DNA of 64,000 nt. It comes from Heptranchias perlo. Taxonomy: Eukaryota. The stretch covers positions 15,438,001 to 15,502,000 of the forward strand of contig NC_090338.1 in the NCBI RefSeq assembly GCF_035084215.1, read 5' to 3'. Positions 49,691 through 61,285 of this stretch are shown piece by piece (the stretch's first letter is position 1; each line of letters begins with the position of its first letter). The notes under the pieces were generated by a model. The model made no database searches. It saw only the letters and a program-made list of their open reading frames with translations, and had not been told where the DNA came from. The position numbers and the translations under genes were made by a program.

Positions 49691-52075
49691 CAAAAGCAAA
49701 ATACTGTGGATGCTGGAATCTGAAATAAAAACAGAGAATGCTGGAAAAGCTCAGCAAGTGAGGCAGCATCTGTGGAGACAGAAACAGAGTTAACAGTTCA
49801 GGTTGAAGACCTTTTGTCAGAACTGGAAGATGTTAAAGAGTTAAAGTTTTTAAGCAAGTACAGAGCCAGGGAAAGGGGGGAGGGAGGGGATGGAGGGAAA
49901 GAACAAAAGGGAAGGTCTGTGATAGGGTAGATGACAGGAGTGATTAAATGACAGAAGGGATATGGTGCAAGGCAAGGAGGGTGGGAATGCGACAAGTTAA
50001 GAAACAAAAGATCAGTCTAGAGTAGCTGTAAATGGCAACAGCAGAACCATAACCAGCAGCCTACAGTCCAATAAATTTTAAAAAAAATTAAAAATGGGGG
50101 CAGTGGTTATGGTCTGAAGTTATTGAAATCAATGTTGAGTCTGGAAGGTTGTAAAGTGCCTAAACGAAAGAAGAGAAGCTGTTCCTCGAGCTTACATTGA
50201 GCTTCATTGGAACAGTGTAAGAGGCCGAGGACAGAGAGGTCAGAGTGGGACTGGGATGGTGCATTAAAATGACAAGCGAACAGCAGGTCAGGGTCATGCT
50301 TGCGGACAGAGTGGAGGTGTTCAGCAAAGCGATCACCCAATCTGCGTTTGGTCTCCCCAATGTAGAGGAGACCGCATTGTCTGCAGCGAATACAGTATAT
50401 GAAATTGAAAGAAGTACAAGTAAATCGCTGTTTCACCTGGAAGGAGTGTTTGTGGCCCTGGACAGTGGGAAGGGAGGAGGTGAAAGGGCAGGTGTTGCAT
50501 CTCCTGTGCTCGCACGGGAAGGTGCTGTGGGGAGGAGAGCAGGTCTTGGGGGTGATGGAAGAGTGGACCAGAATGCTGCAGAGGGAGCGGTCCCTTTGGA
50601 GTGCTGAAAGGGGAGGGGAGGGGAGGATGTGTTTGGTGGTGGGTTTGCGCTGGTGGTGGCGGATATGGCGGAGGATGATACGTTGAATGTGGAGGCCGGT
50701 GGGGTAGAAAGGGAGGCAAGGGAAGGGGTGAGGGCACAAGTGCGGGAAATAGGACGGACACGGTCGAGGGCCATGTCGACTACAGTGGAGGGGAATCCTT
50801 GGTTGAGCAAAAAGGAAGACATATCGGAAGCACTGGTGTGGAAGGTGGCATCATCAGAACAGATGCGATGGAGGCGGAGAAACTGGGAGAAGGGAATTGA
50901 GTCCTTACAGGAAGTGGGGCGGGAGGAAGTGTAATCAAGGTAGCTGTGGGAGTTGGTGGGCTTATAATAGATATTGGTTGACAGCCTATCCCCAGAAATG
51001 GAGATAGAGAAGTCAAGGAAGGGAAGGGAAGAGTTGGAGATGGACCATGTGAAGGCGAGGGAAGGATGGAGATTTTCCAGTTCGGGGCGAGAGCAGGAAG
51101 CGGCACCGATACAGTCATCAACATACCGGAAAAAGAGGTGAGGGAGGGGACCTCAGTGGGACTGGAACAGGGAATGTTCCACGTAGCCCACAAAAAGGCA
51201 GGCATAGCTGGGACCCATACGGGTTCCCATAGCGACACCTTTTATTTGGAGGAAGTGAGTGGAGTCAAAGGAGAAGTTGTTCATTGTAAGAACAAGTTCA
51301 GACAGGTGGAGGAGGGTGGTGGTGGATGGGGACTGGTTGAGCCTCCGTTCAAGGAAGAAGCGGAGGGCCCGCAGGCCATCCTGGTGGGGAATGGAGGTAT
51401 AGAGGGACTGGACGTCCATGGTGAAAAGGAGACGGTTAGGGCCGGGGAACTGGAAGCTGTTAAAGTGGCGGAGGGTGTCAGAAGAGTCGCGGATGTAGGT
51501 TGGAAGAGAATGGACAAAGGGAGAAAAAGAGTCGAGATAGTGAAATCCCTTCTGTCATTTAATCACTCTTGCCTTCTACCCTATCACAGACCTTCCCTTT
51601 TGTTCTTTCCTTGGAACATAAGAACATAAGAGATAGGAGCAGGAGTAGGCCATACAGCCCCTCAAGCCTGCTCCGCCATTCAATCAGATCATGGTTGATG
51701 TTCGACCTCAACTCCACGTTCCCGCCCAATCCCCATAACCCTTGATTCCCCAAGATTCCAAAAATCTATCTATCTTAGCCTTGAATATATTCAATGTCTC
51801 AGCATCCACAGCCCTCCGGGGTAGAGAATTCTAAAAATTCACAAACCTCTGCATGAAGAAATTCCTCCTCATCTCAGTCTTGAATGGCCGACCCCTTATC
51901 CTGAGACTATGCCTTCCCTTCCCCTTTCCCTGGCTCTGTACAAGCTTAAAAACTTTAACTCTTTCACATCTTCCAGTTCTGATGAAGGGTCATCGACCTG
52001 AAACATTAACTCTGTTTCTTTCTCCACAGATGCTGCCTCACTTGCTGACCTTTTCCAGCATTTTCTGTTTTTATT
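49691..52075 (-). mobile_element. Penelope-like element with an inverted copy of its 3' end at the 5' side, inserted in an older CR1 and itself interrupted by a CR1 tail (about 51614-51912)
   Basis: MDVQSLYTSIPH, GVAMGTRMGPSYA, CRQCGLLYIGETKRRL. About 49730-49950 (-) is repeated in + orientation at about 51553-52070. Confidence 0.85.
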
Positions 52076-52941
52076 ATTATTCTTTTACTGTTGTACTTTA
52101 TGCCCATATTTATAAACCTCAAAATGCTTTTGGCCTTTCTATGGTTTTATCTACCAGCATTCACACAATCAGAGAATTATATATTTAAACCCTTAGGTCT
52201 CTTTGTTCATCCACACAATTTCGCATCTTTCCAATAAGTTTATGGCCTCATTCCTAATATTTCTCCCAAAATGCATGCCCATATATTTCTCCATATTAAC
52301 CGTCATCTGTCACCTGTCTGCCCATTCCACTAACCTGTCTATGTTCTCCTGTCTTTATCAATCCTTCTTGCTGTTTGCCAAACTGCACTTTTGCATTCTC
52401 AGCAAATATTGACATTGTGCTCCCTACACCCCAGCACAAAACATCCATGCATAGAGAACAAATGTGAAACCAGGCCTGACTTCTGTGACACAAGATTTCA
52501 AGCCCTTCTCCAATCTGAGCAAGGCCCATTTAACACCAGCCTTTTGCTTCTTGCTCTTCAGCCACCTTTCTATCTGAAAGAGGTCCCTTTCCTCAAAACA
52601 TAAACTGAATGTTTGTAACAAACATCTTGTGAAATATCTTGTTGAATGCCTCATGAAAATCCATACACACTATATCAGAATTTTGGACACCTCTTTTAAA
52701 TCTATTTGAAGCCTAGAGTATACAGCAGCTGGAATCACTTCAAATAGCAGCAGAACTCAGTTGGGAGCAGCATTGAGGGGAGAGAGGCCAGTATTTTGTT
52801 CAATGCTGATATGTGCACCAGGAACCCACATGCTGACTGTAAGCATGAAGTGTTGATGTTTGACATGTATGACTCCACTTTGTATGTAACAGTTTTATAT
52901 TAGTAACTGTTTAATATCTACTGTAAGGTAACTGCACCTAC

Positions 52942-53211
52942 CCTGGCTCACAGGAAAATTTGCTTTTCCTGTGAGAATAATGGATCCATTTTCCTGCACT
53001 TCACACACATACAACTCCTTATCCTCTACTTTGACATGTTTGATTATCAGATAGACTGTGTTCTTTATTCGGATATGATCAGTGTTCCTCCTGTTCTGTT
53101 GACATGAGTCCCTTTGTTTCCATTGAAGACTGACTGTATCTGAGAGTTTGGAGATGGTACAGCTGAGTGTAACGTCACTGCCCACCACAGCACTCTGTGG
53201 ACTTGACACAA
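52942..53211 (-). CDS. Ig domain 2 exon (C2-like)
   Basis: VTLSC..SLQW..LYVC, 270 nt, acceptor TTTTCACAG, donor G|GTAGGT. Confidence 0.9.
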
Positions 53212-54789
53212 CTGTGAAAAACAGATAAATAACATATAGTACAATTTACTGTAAGTAGTGGCATGCTAGAACAATTAGTTTCTACCTGACCTTAGGATGT
53301 GCCCGTTATCAGCACTTATATCTTGTTTCATTAAAGGGTCAGACCAGGTTACACACAAGTGCATCTTGGCAGTAGAATAACACAGTGGGGCCGCAGATTT
53401 TCACTCCTGCTCCGCCAGCAGAAGTGCAGCAGAGCAGGACTGGTGACCTTTACTCCTGACCCTGCCAGAGTATCTGGTCAAGGTTACAGTTTGGATGGCA
53501 TTTGTGAGATGTCGACATCACAATGGACAGGTGATGGAAACTCATCAAAGGAGGGTGTGCTGGAAATGAAGTGACCATATTATCAGACATGGAATAGGCT
53601 CAAGGCCGACTGTGCTCTCAATGTGCCCAGCACACTTCAGTAAGACCTCCCAACACATGCACTGGGAATCTGTGCACAAAATCCACATCAAAAGTCATTA
53701 CTGCCCCAGAGATTAATACAATTATGGAGCTCCTGAATTGCATCTGAACAAGGCCCCAGTTATTGAGCGTCCATTTGGAATGGCACTTCAGGAGAGGCTT
53801 GTTCTAAAAATGCCCAACCTTACTTTCAGTCCCACCTTCAACATGACAAGTAATAACCAAATCTTCAACATGGACTTTATTTCCAATGCCAGGCCAAAAA
53901 CATGGTGGCTTCCATTAGCTGCTGATACCCAACATTCTGGGGAACGATCCATGTGGCATTCCCTCTGTACCATGCACTGTCTACCATGAGCATCACTAAT
54001 AACTGAGTTGATTTTCAATAATGGTCAACTCATTCTGGTGCAGTTGGGGCCAATACCTCAGGAGCAATGGTCCAGGGCAAGTACAGTCAGGATCATATTT
54101 TGGCCTCTGTGACACTTCATGATCGGATTTTATTTGGTATCAACTTCATTTAAGTGTTAAACACATGAACCAACCAGGATATGTCACTGTTTTGCAAAAT
54201 CCTTAGTCGGCAGAATCTAAAGATTTTGGTTTGTTTATATTAAAAGGTCTTAAAGATTATTGAGTTGATACAATTCATCTATTTTTCTCTGCCATGCTTC
54301 TCCCTCATTTCCTGAAGGTGTTAACTCCTTGGCAGAGTACAAGTTCCCCGGACATTGACATCCTCTGGGACCTCAACCAAGTGACACATCAAACAGATTC
54401 ACTGGATAGCAATCAGGAGCAGTTATACTGGACAATCTTATACTTGTCCCATAATCCTGAGGCCTATTACTACAATTGCTCTATTGGGTTGGTAATAGAA
54501 TTTCTTACATCTTACAGAAAGAGCATCAGTGTATAGACCATAATACTCTCTGGAGGAGTGATTTTCTCAGTCTGCTATTTCTGGTGAAATTGTCAATAGG
54601 TTTATCCTTATGTTGACCATTTCAGGAGAAATAATGAACAAAATCTTCCCCCGGTTGTTTTAATGAGAGATGCACTCTGCACTGGGTGATATAAATCTCA
54701 CGTGATCCTGTCAGTCTCTTATCATTACATATGGAATTATTTACAGAGAATCATATTATTGAACCTTTTCCAGACCTTGTCCCACTCAC

Positions 54790-55102
54790 CTTTGATTCCA
54801 AATATTTCGTACTGTTTCAGGATTTTATTACTCGGCTGTGTCTCAGTCAAGATGAACAATCCCGCAAGTTCAAATGTGGGTTTTCTAATTCTCAGATTAA
54901 GGGTACCAGGGTCCCGCTGCACCTCCGGATACAATTTCCTAAAGTGATCGTTCCATTCTACGCTCCCCCAGCCCCAATTATATTTCTGAATAACCTGAGT
55001 GTGGTTTCCATTTCCAGACAACACGACCATTTCCAGGATTGTCTGGTCCTTTTAATGAAACTTTATCTCCCTTATCCAAAAAATAAATAAGATTTGGGTT
55101 TC
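54790..55102 (-). pseudogene. Ig domain 1 exon (V-like, no cysteines), frameshifted
   Basis: GNPNLIYFLDKGDKVSLKGPDNPGNGRVVWKWKPHSG, then a frame change to ...GTLNLRIRKPTFELAGLFILTETQPSNKILKQYEIFGIK. Length is 313 nt (316 with the alternative NAG acceptor), not a multiple of 3. Paralog of 41438-41782. Donor G|GTGAGT. Confidence 0.85.
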
Positions 55103-55554
55103 CTGCTAGAGAGAGGAACAAAGTAAACATTTTAATATTTAAATCGCAACTCCTTAATTCCATGTTTGTATTAATTGATATTGGACTTCATATATTTACA
55201 GTCATATTTTTATATTCAATAGTTTCAGCAATGACACAGACACAGCCCTGTGAAGAGCTGTCTGTCTGGAATAATCAGGCCTCATCCAATGATAGGACAT
55301 TAGAGGGTAAATTTCTGTCACTGCACTCTGACATCGTGGGCTGGTGGTGTCTAATTTCACAATATGTATTTCCAGCATTTAACAGGAGTGCGGAAGGGTA
55401 ATCGTTGCTCCCATATTGTTAAGAAATTTGGAATAACATCACAATAATCGGTATTCTCCTAAAATTGAATATGGTACTGGTGCGATCATACCACTTCAGG
55501 ATCAAAAATCAAGTCAGTGATCTCCAAAAGTGGTCTCCTCTCCTCTTGTGCAAT

Positions 55555-58500
55555 GCACAGTAAGTTGTTGCTTCTCCTGGACCACCGGTGACCAGGCTAC
55601 CCACAGGAGTAGAAGGCGAGAGAGAGGCAGAGGAAAATGTCCCGACTCCAGAAAAGCATGCAGAATCTGCTCCTGCTGCAGTCGATGGGGATCGATGTCA
55701 GGGAGGAACTCAGAGAGGTAAAGGACCAGCAAGCTTCGCTCTTTGCCTCCGAGGCCTCCAAGATCATCTTCCGGTCCAGAGTCCGCTCTGTGGATCAGGA
55801 CGAGACTTGCTCGCGTTTCTTCTTCCAAAAAGTGCACAGAGCTCTGTAATCAGCAGCCTGAAGGAAGTCGACGGCTCGGTCACGTCCTCGCAGCCCGACA
55901 TACTGAGGATCTGCAAATCCTTTTATGCTGGACTGTACTACGGAAAGCCCACAGACAGCGCGGCCTCCCAGTCCTTCTTGTCGTCTATCACGGAGGTTCT
56001 AGACGACAGCAAGCGGGAGGATCTGGATCACCCGCTAACTCTGGACGAACTGACAAAGGCCATCCGTTCCTTTGAGAAGAGTAAGACACCCGGAAGCGAC
56101 GGCTTACCAGTGGAGTTTTACTCGGCTCTGTGGGACTGGTTAGGCCCAGACCTGCTGGAAGTGTACGGGAGTATGCTTCGGGCAGGCAGCATGTCAGACT
56201 CCATGAGGAAAGGCATCAACACCCTCATCTACAAGCAGAAGGGGGAGGGGGAAGAAATCAAAAATTGTCGACCCATCTCACTACTTAACGTGGACTACAA
56301 AATTCTGTCCAAGGTCATCGCCAATCGGGTCAAGTCAGCCCTGGAGGTGGTGATCCACCCCGATCAGACCTGCGCTGTACCCGGCAGGAAGATCTCTGAT
56401 AGCCTGGCGCTACTCAGGGATACGATCGCCTACGTATAGGACAGGGGGGGTGAACACCTGCCTCATCAGCCTGGACCAGGAGAAGGCCTTTGACAGAATA
56501 TCCCACGCGTACATGATGGACGTGCTCTCTAAAATGAGGTTTGGGGAGGGAATCCGCAATTGGATCCAACTGCTCAACACAGACATCAGTAGCGCAGTTT
56601 CAATCAACGGGTGGGAATCAGAAAGCTTTCTGATCAAATCTGGAGTCAGGCAGGGTTGTCTTCTCTCCTCCGTCTTGTTCATGTGTTGCATCGAACCCTT
56701 TGCTGAGTCCATCAGGACGGTTGCGGACATAAGAGGGGTGATGATCCCAGGCAGCGGAGTCACTCAGGTCAAGGCCTCCCTGTACATGGACGACATCGCC
56801 GTCTTTTGCTCAATTCAGCTGTCGATCCGCAGATTGGTGAGCATCTGCGACCAGTTCGAACTGGCCTCGGGGGCCAGGGTAAATCGTGGCAAGAGTGAGG
56901 CCATGTTCTTTGGGAACTGGACCGACCGATCCTTTGTCCCCTTCACCGTCAGGCCAGATTACCTGAAGGTGCTGGGGATCTACTTTGGGGGGGCCGGGGC
57001 GTGCACCAAAAACTGGGAGGAGCGGATTGCCAAGGTGAAGCAGAAACTGGGACTGTGGGATTGACGATCCCTCTCGATTGTGGGCAAGAACCTGGTCATC
57101 AGGTGCGAGGTACTTTCCGTGTTGCTGTACGTGGCGCAGGTCTGGCCCATACCGTGCTCCTGCGCCGCGACAGTCACCCAAGCCATCTTCCACTTTATCT
57201 GGAGATCAAAAATGGACCATGTCCGCAGGGACACGATGTACAAATCTCCAGAGAAAGGAGGGAAATACGTGCCCAACGTGGCTCTCATCCTGATGGCCAC
57301 CTTTGCGTGCGGCTGCATCAAGCTGTGCGTAGACCCTCAGTATGCAAACACAAAGTGCCACTATGTGCTAAGGTTCTACCTGTCCCCGGTGTTGAGAAGG
57401 ATGGGCCTGGCCACGTGTCACGGAATGTTCCATCCAGTTGGACCGTTCCGCCCCACCTGTCCTTCATGGAAACGTTTGTGCAGAAAAACACCTTTGATCA
57501 CAAGGCGATCAGCGTCACCCATCTCCTTCTGGAATGTGCCTTTGCAAAGAAGGTCTGGAGAGAGATGCAGTGGTATCTGTCCAGGTTTGTCCCGAGCAGT
57601 TCCATAACACAGGATTCTGTGCTCTATGGGCTGTTCCCAGGGACGCACTGTAGGGGGTAGTGGTGTGTGTCAGCTTCACCTCTGAATTCTGAGCGGTTCA
57701 AATCGGTCCCACTCCCTTGGTTCTAGACCTTGGACTTATTTGGGGGTTGTGACAAAAATGCAGCAGACAACTGGGTTTGGTGCAAGAAAACTGGGTTTAT
57801 TGAAGTCACAAATGAACTTATAACATTAGGATTACACTGAGATTATACAGACATACAAAAGTACACTTAGTTAAGAATGGGGAATACACGGCACAACGAG
57901 GGAAAATCACCCTACTAATCCCCTTACCCTTGTCCCACCCCCAAAACCTAACTAAATTGAACTAGGAGAGGTCAGGAATCATGATCACCAACAAGGGTTC
58001 CTTGACACTTCGAAATCCAGCTAGGTAAGCCGGTTGCAGTTTTGGGGTACGCTCTTTGTGTCCTTTGGGGCCTGCCGTCCCCACGTGGTCCTGGTCTGTG
58101 GAATCTGCGAAGGTTCTTCAGTTGGGTGGAGTTCGCTGATGCGGTAAGGCGCGGTTGTGGGTGGTCGATCTTCATGGAGAGCTGCGGTTGCGGCCTTGTT
58201 GTCTTCGGTTGAGTCAGCCATGCCATGCCCCTCGCCGTGATGTTGCCTGCGGGCCTGTGAACCTCCGGATCTCCTTCCTCCGCTTAGCTCAGCTATCTCT
58301 CCCTGCTTAAACTCTGCTTAAAACTGCTTAAAACCTGCCCCCTTCGTAACTGGTGGCCCAGTTATACTGTTTTTTGAATTTCTTATCGGAGCGCCAAATC
58401 AAGGTTAGTTCTTTGTCTGATTTAGGTGGGCTTCTTCAGGTGATTATAGTTTTTCGCCTTAACTGGTTTTGGGGTGGTTGTCTCGTTGTTTTTAATGGGC

Positions 58501-59437
58501 TTGCATAATGTTTATCGTTGCCTTCCTACCCCCGTAACTAGTCTTGAACTGAAAGCCATTGTATATGTGAAGTCTTGATGGGCTTGCATAATTGCTCCAT
58601 TGTTGCCTTCCTGCCTTAGTATCTAGTAGTGATTATTTATGCAAGGTTTTGATGAGCTTAAGTTTCATGTAAGATGAAGTCTTTCTCTGGGTTGATTGTT
58701 ATAAAGGGAAGAATGCGTATTCTGTCTCCTCTCGTTGTCTAGTTTCAGGCAACAATCCACACTGCACCCAACAAGCCCGGGCATGTCAAGTCCCAGGCCC
58801 TCATGGGCCTAACCTCCTGTCTGCGGGGTTCCACATTTAACCCAGAAGTTTGGTCCTCTGCCATAAAAGTCCAAAAGTCATATCCTCGTTGATGATATGA
58901 AAAATGTGGGAATTTTGAGAACCCTTCAGCACACCGAGATGGATATCAACTGCTGCTGAAAGACCATCAACTCGATGAAAGAAGCACTTTGGTCTGCCCG
59001 AAACTTGCTAGTCTTCCAGTGCAAGGAGCTGTCCTCGACCAAGTGTTACAGACTGGCACATTCCAAGGTCCAGGGCAGCGTGCTCAGGGACAAACTGATG
59101 CTGGGTGCGGCCGCCGCAAAGGCTCTATGGGGAAAGGCAACCATTTAGAGCCTTCCCGCCATTGTATACTGAGGGGCTGCAATTAGGGAAAAACCCCCTC
59201 GGGCAGAATGTAAAATTCAAATTGATGTAATGTACCTATAATAAATCTGTAATCAATAATCTGTTTCGAGTGTAATGCAATGAGGCATCCTCGAGTGTCA
59301 TGAACAGTAATTATGTACAATATGTTCATTGAACTGTACTTGATGTAATCTGCAAATTGTTTGAAATGTAATATGACAACTGTATTGTATGATTTGTTGC
59401 AAATTTTATGAATAAAGTATAATTTTTGAAAAAAAAT
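55555..59437 (+). mobile_element. Tx1-like (L1 clade) non-LTR retrotransposon, 5'-truncated and decayed
   Basis: KTPGSDGLPVEFY, RPISLLNVDYKILSKV, LDQEKAFDR, GVRQGC, LYMDD, HLLLEC; AATAAA followed by an A tail at 59411-59437. Confidence 0.88.
57649..58928 (-). mobile_element. Solo LTR (1280 bp) inserted in the Tx1-like element
   Basis: TG...CA ends with short inverted repeat TGTAGGG/CCCTTCA, 4-bp TSD GCAC. Removing it rejoins the Tx1 reading PGTH|TE. Confidence 0.8.
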
Positions 59438-59442
59438 AACAA

Positions 59443-60080
59443 AGGGAGGCAGGATTTTCCACTTTGCCATAATCTGGCTGTAGGTCAGTGTGACAGACTC
59501 TGTCTTCTCCCACCGTGAATCTCAGGGAATTTCCTGAGGCCAGGCTAATTTCCATAATTATGGTGCTCCCAGCAGGATTCTATCTTTGATCCGAGGAAGC
59601 CACCTGGGAGAGGGAGGAAGATGGTCGCTGCAGGTCTCGAATGCATGCAGCAGCAGATCAGGACTGGCTAGATGCGAGGCAGCTGATGAGGAGTGACAAC
59701 TTTTGAAAAATTACAAACTTGGCCGTGTGATTGATCAACTCATGATCAATTGACTTGCTTCAGAAAGATCTTTGAAACTTAAATCCCCTCCCACACACCA
59801 TTGCAACGCTGGATGCCGGGAACATGCTGCTGTTCTTTGTGATCCAGCATTGCTATGGGAGTAATGACGGAGAATATAACATCTGATAACACTTGGTCAT
59901 TTGATATCACTTGGCCGTTCAGGCAATGTGAATAAACCTCTTCATATTTGGGTCCGTATATTTAGTGAAGTGACGACAATCTGCAGGGAGCAGGTCGCCG
60001 GATCCCCACCCCTACTTTCTGATCCCGCCGAGCACAATCTGTCCAAAATTGGGCAAGACGGCAGAGCAAAATCCTCTCCC
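59443..60080. mobile_element. MITE-like element
   Basis: Imperfect TIRs GGGAGGCAGGATTTT ... AAAATCCTCTCCC. Confidence 0.45.
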
Positions 60081-61146
60081 ATTATGATTCCAAGAACTTG
60101 GCAAGGCTCCTTCATTGAGGAGTTCCATGCGGAGAAGGTTATAATAACACACAAATACATGAGGAGAAAGCACTGTATCATGTTGCCTTCACTGCAGGCA
60201 GTGTTACAGAGAAAAACAGAACAATTCCATTATACATTCAGTGTATCTATTACTAGAGTTATCAGAACATACATCATTACTACAAAAAGTAACCAAAATA
60301 AAAAGAGAGGACATGGCTAAATTCCCTGTTACAGAAAATAAAGGTCCACATATCCTTGTGACTACTGGTCTACAGTGTGCGGTATCAGGGTGGACAGGAG
60401 CGAGCGGGAGAGAAATTGGGGCAGGACGCAACCCAACCGTTCTTGGAGGTTAAAACTCCCCCCTCATGTGTCTGTAAGTCTAGATTAAATAGCAACTCAC
60501 ATCACAGTTACCAAAAATAAAATGGCTCCGTGCACATTGTATTCACTGTGAAGTTTAAAGACAAAGTTTGGACACTAAACTACGAAATAACCCAAAGTGA
60601 GCATCAGTGACAAAACATCAAACCTTTTCAAATTATGTTTTATCAAGCTGTAATTTTTGTAATTTACACAGGCTCAAATAACAAACAATTCTCAATTATT
60701 CCTAATGTGATAAATATTCATTAACATTTAAAAATAGTTATTACTTTTGAAACCATTCTATACCACATCCAATCTGTTAGGCTGTTGAATTATCAAATAA
60801 AGAAAGTGCTCCACAGAGCGAGTGTGATACTTTGAAATGTGACAGCTTGCTGTGTGATGAAGTTTGCTAAATATAAGGACAGATGGATAGAAGGATGTTT
60901 GGAGAGATTAATAGATAGATCAGGAAAAGGAGTTGAAGAGCAATGAGAAGTATGCCAAAAATTTTCATTTTATTAAGTTGTTCCATTGCTTAAATCTGAA
61001 AAGCAAACTTACTCATCCTGTTTAAAGGAGCAGGGACATGAAAATAAAGACCTTACTTACTTTCTAAATAGTAGGTGCGTGATTTTATTAAACACGATGA
61101 TAAAGTCAAACAATATGAATGTGATTGGTGGAAAAAAGGCACTTAC

Positions 61147-61234
61147 TCTGAGTGAAAACAGACCGAAGTAGAAACACAAAGAAACTTAACATCAAACCAG
61201 CTGGTATTTTGCTGCAGAAAAATCGGAGACACAT
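61147..61234 (-). CDS. Signal-peptide exon, MCLRFFCSKIPAGLMLSFFVFLLRSVFTQ (exon starts at 61256 with 5'UTR)
   Basis: Acceptor TTTCTTACAG ends at 61257, ATG at 61234, hydrophobic core, phase-1 donor A|GTAAGT at 61146. Confidence 0.75.
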
Positions 61235-61285
61235 TTTGCAGATTCAGTCTCTTCGCCTGTAAGAAATATACATGTCAATATATAT

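Larger units (their letters stand above)
11121..61256 (-). pseudogene. Eight-Ig-domain ITIM-bearing type I receptor gene (CD4/LAG-3-like V-C2-V-C2 unit duplicated), with two disabling or splice-bypassable lesions
   Basis: 15 coding exons were assembled by hand, all with AG/GT boundaries and compatible phases (phase 1 throughout, phase 0 before the last exon). Order: signal peptide, 8 Ig domains, TM, 5 tail exons. D1 has a frameshift and the TM exon has an insertion. Confidence 0.85.

Noticed and set aside
57972-58226. Short ORFs inside the LTR as accessory genes
   Set aside because: They are short, have no recognisable motif and are expected by chance.
61013-61017. 5-nt micro-exon candidate (CAG|GATGA|GTAAGT)
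   Set aside because: It would add an immediate stop and break phase. No support beyond the motif match.
11121-61256. Calling the gene CD4 or LAG3
   Set aside because: It has eight domains, a single-exon D1, no CxC/CxH Lck motif and several ITIMs. Only the layout and WxC motif are shared, so no gene symbol is assigned.
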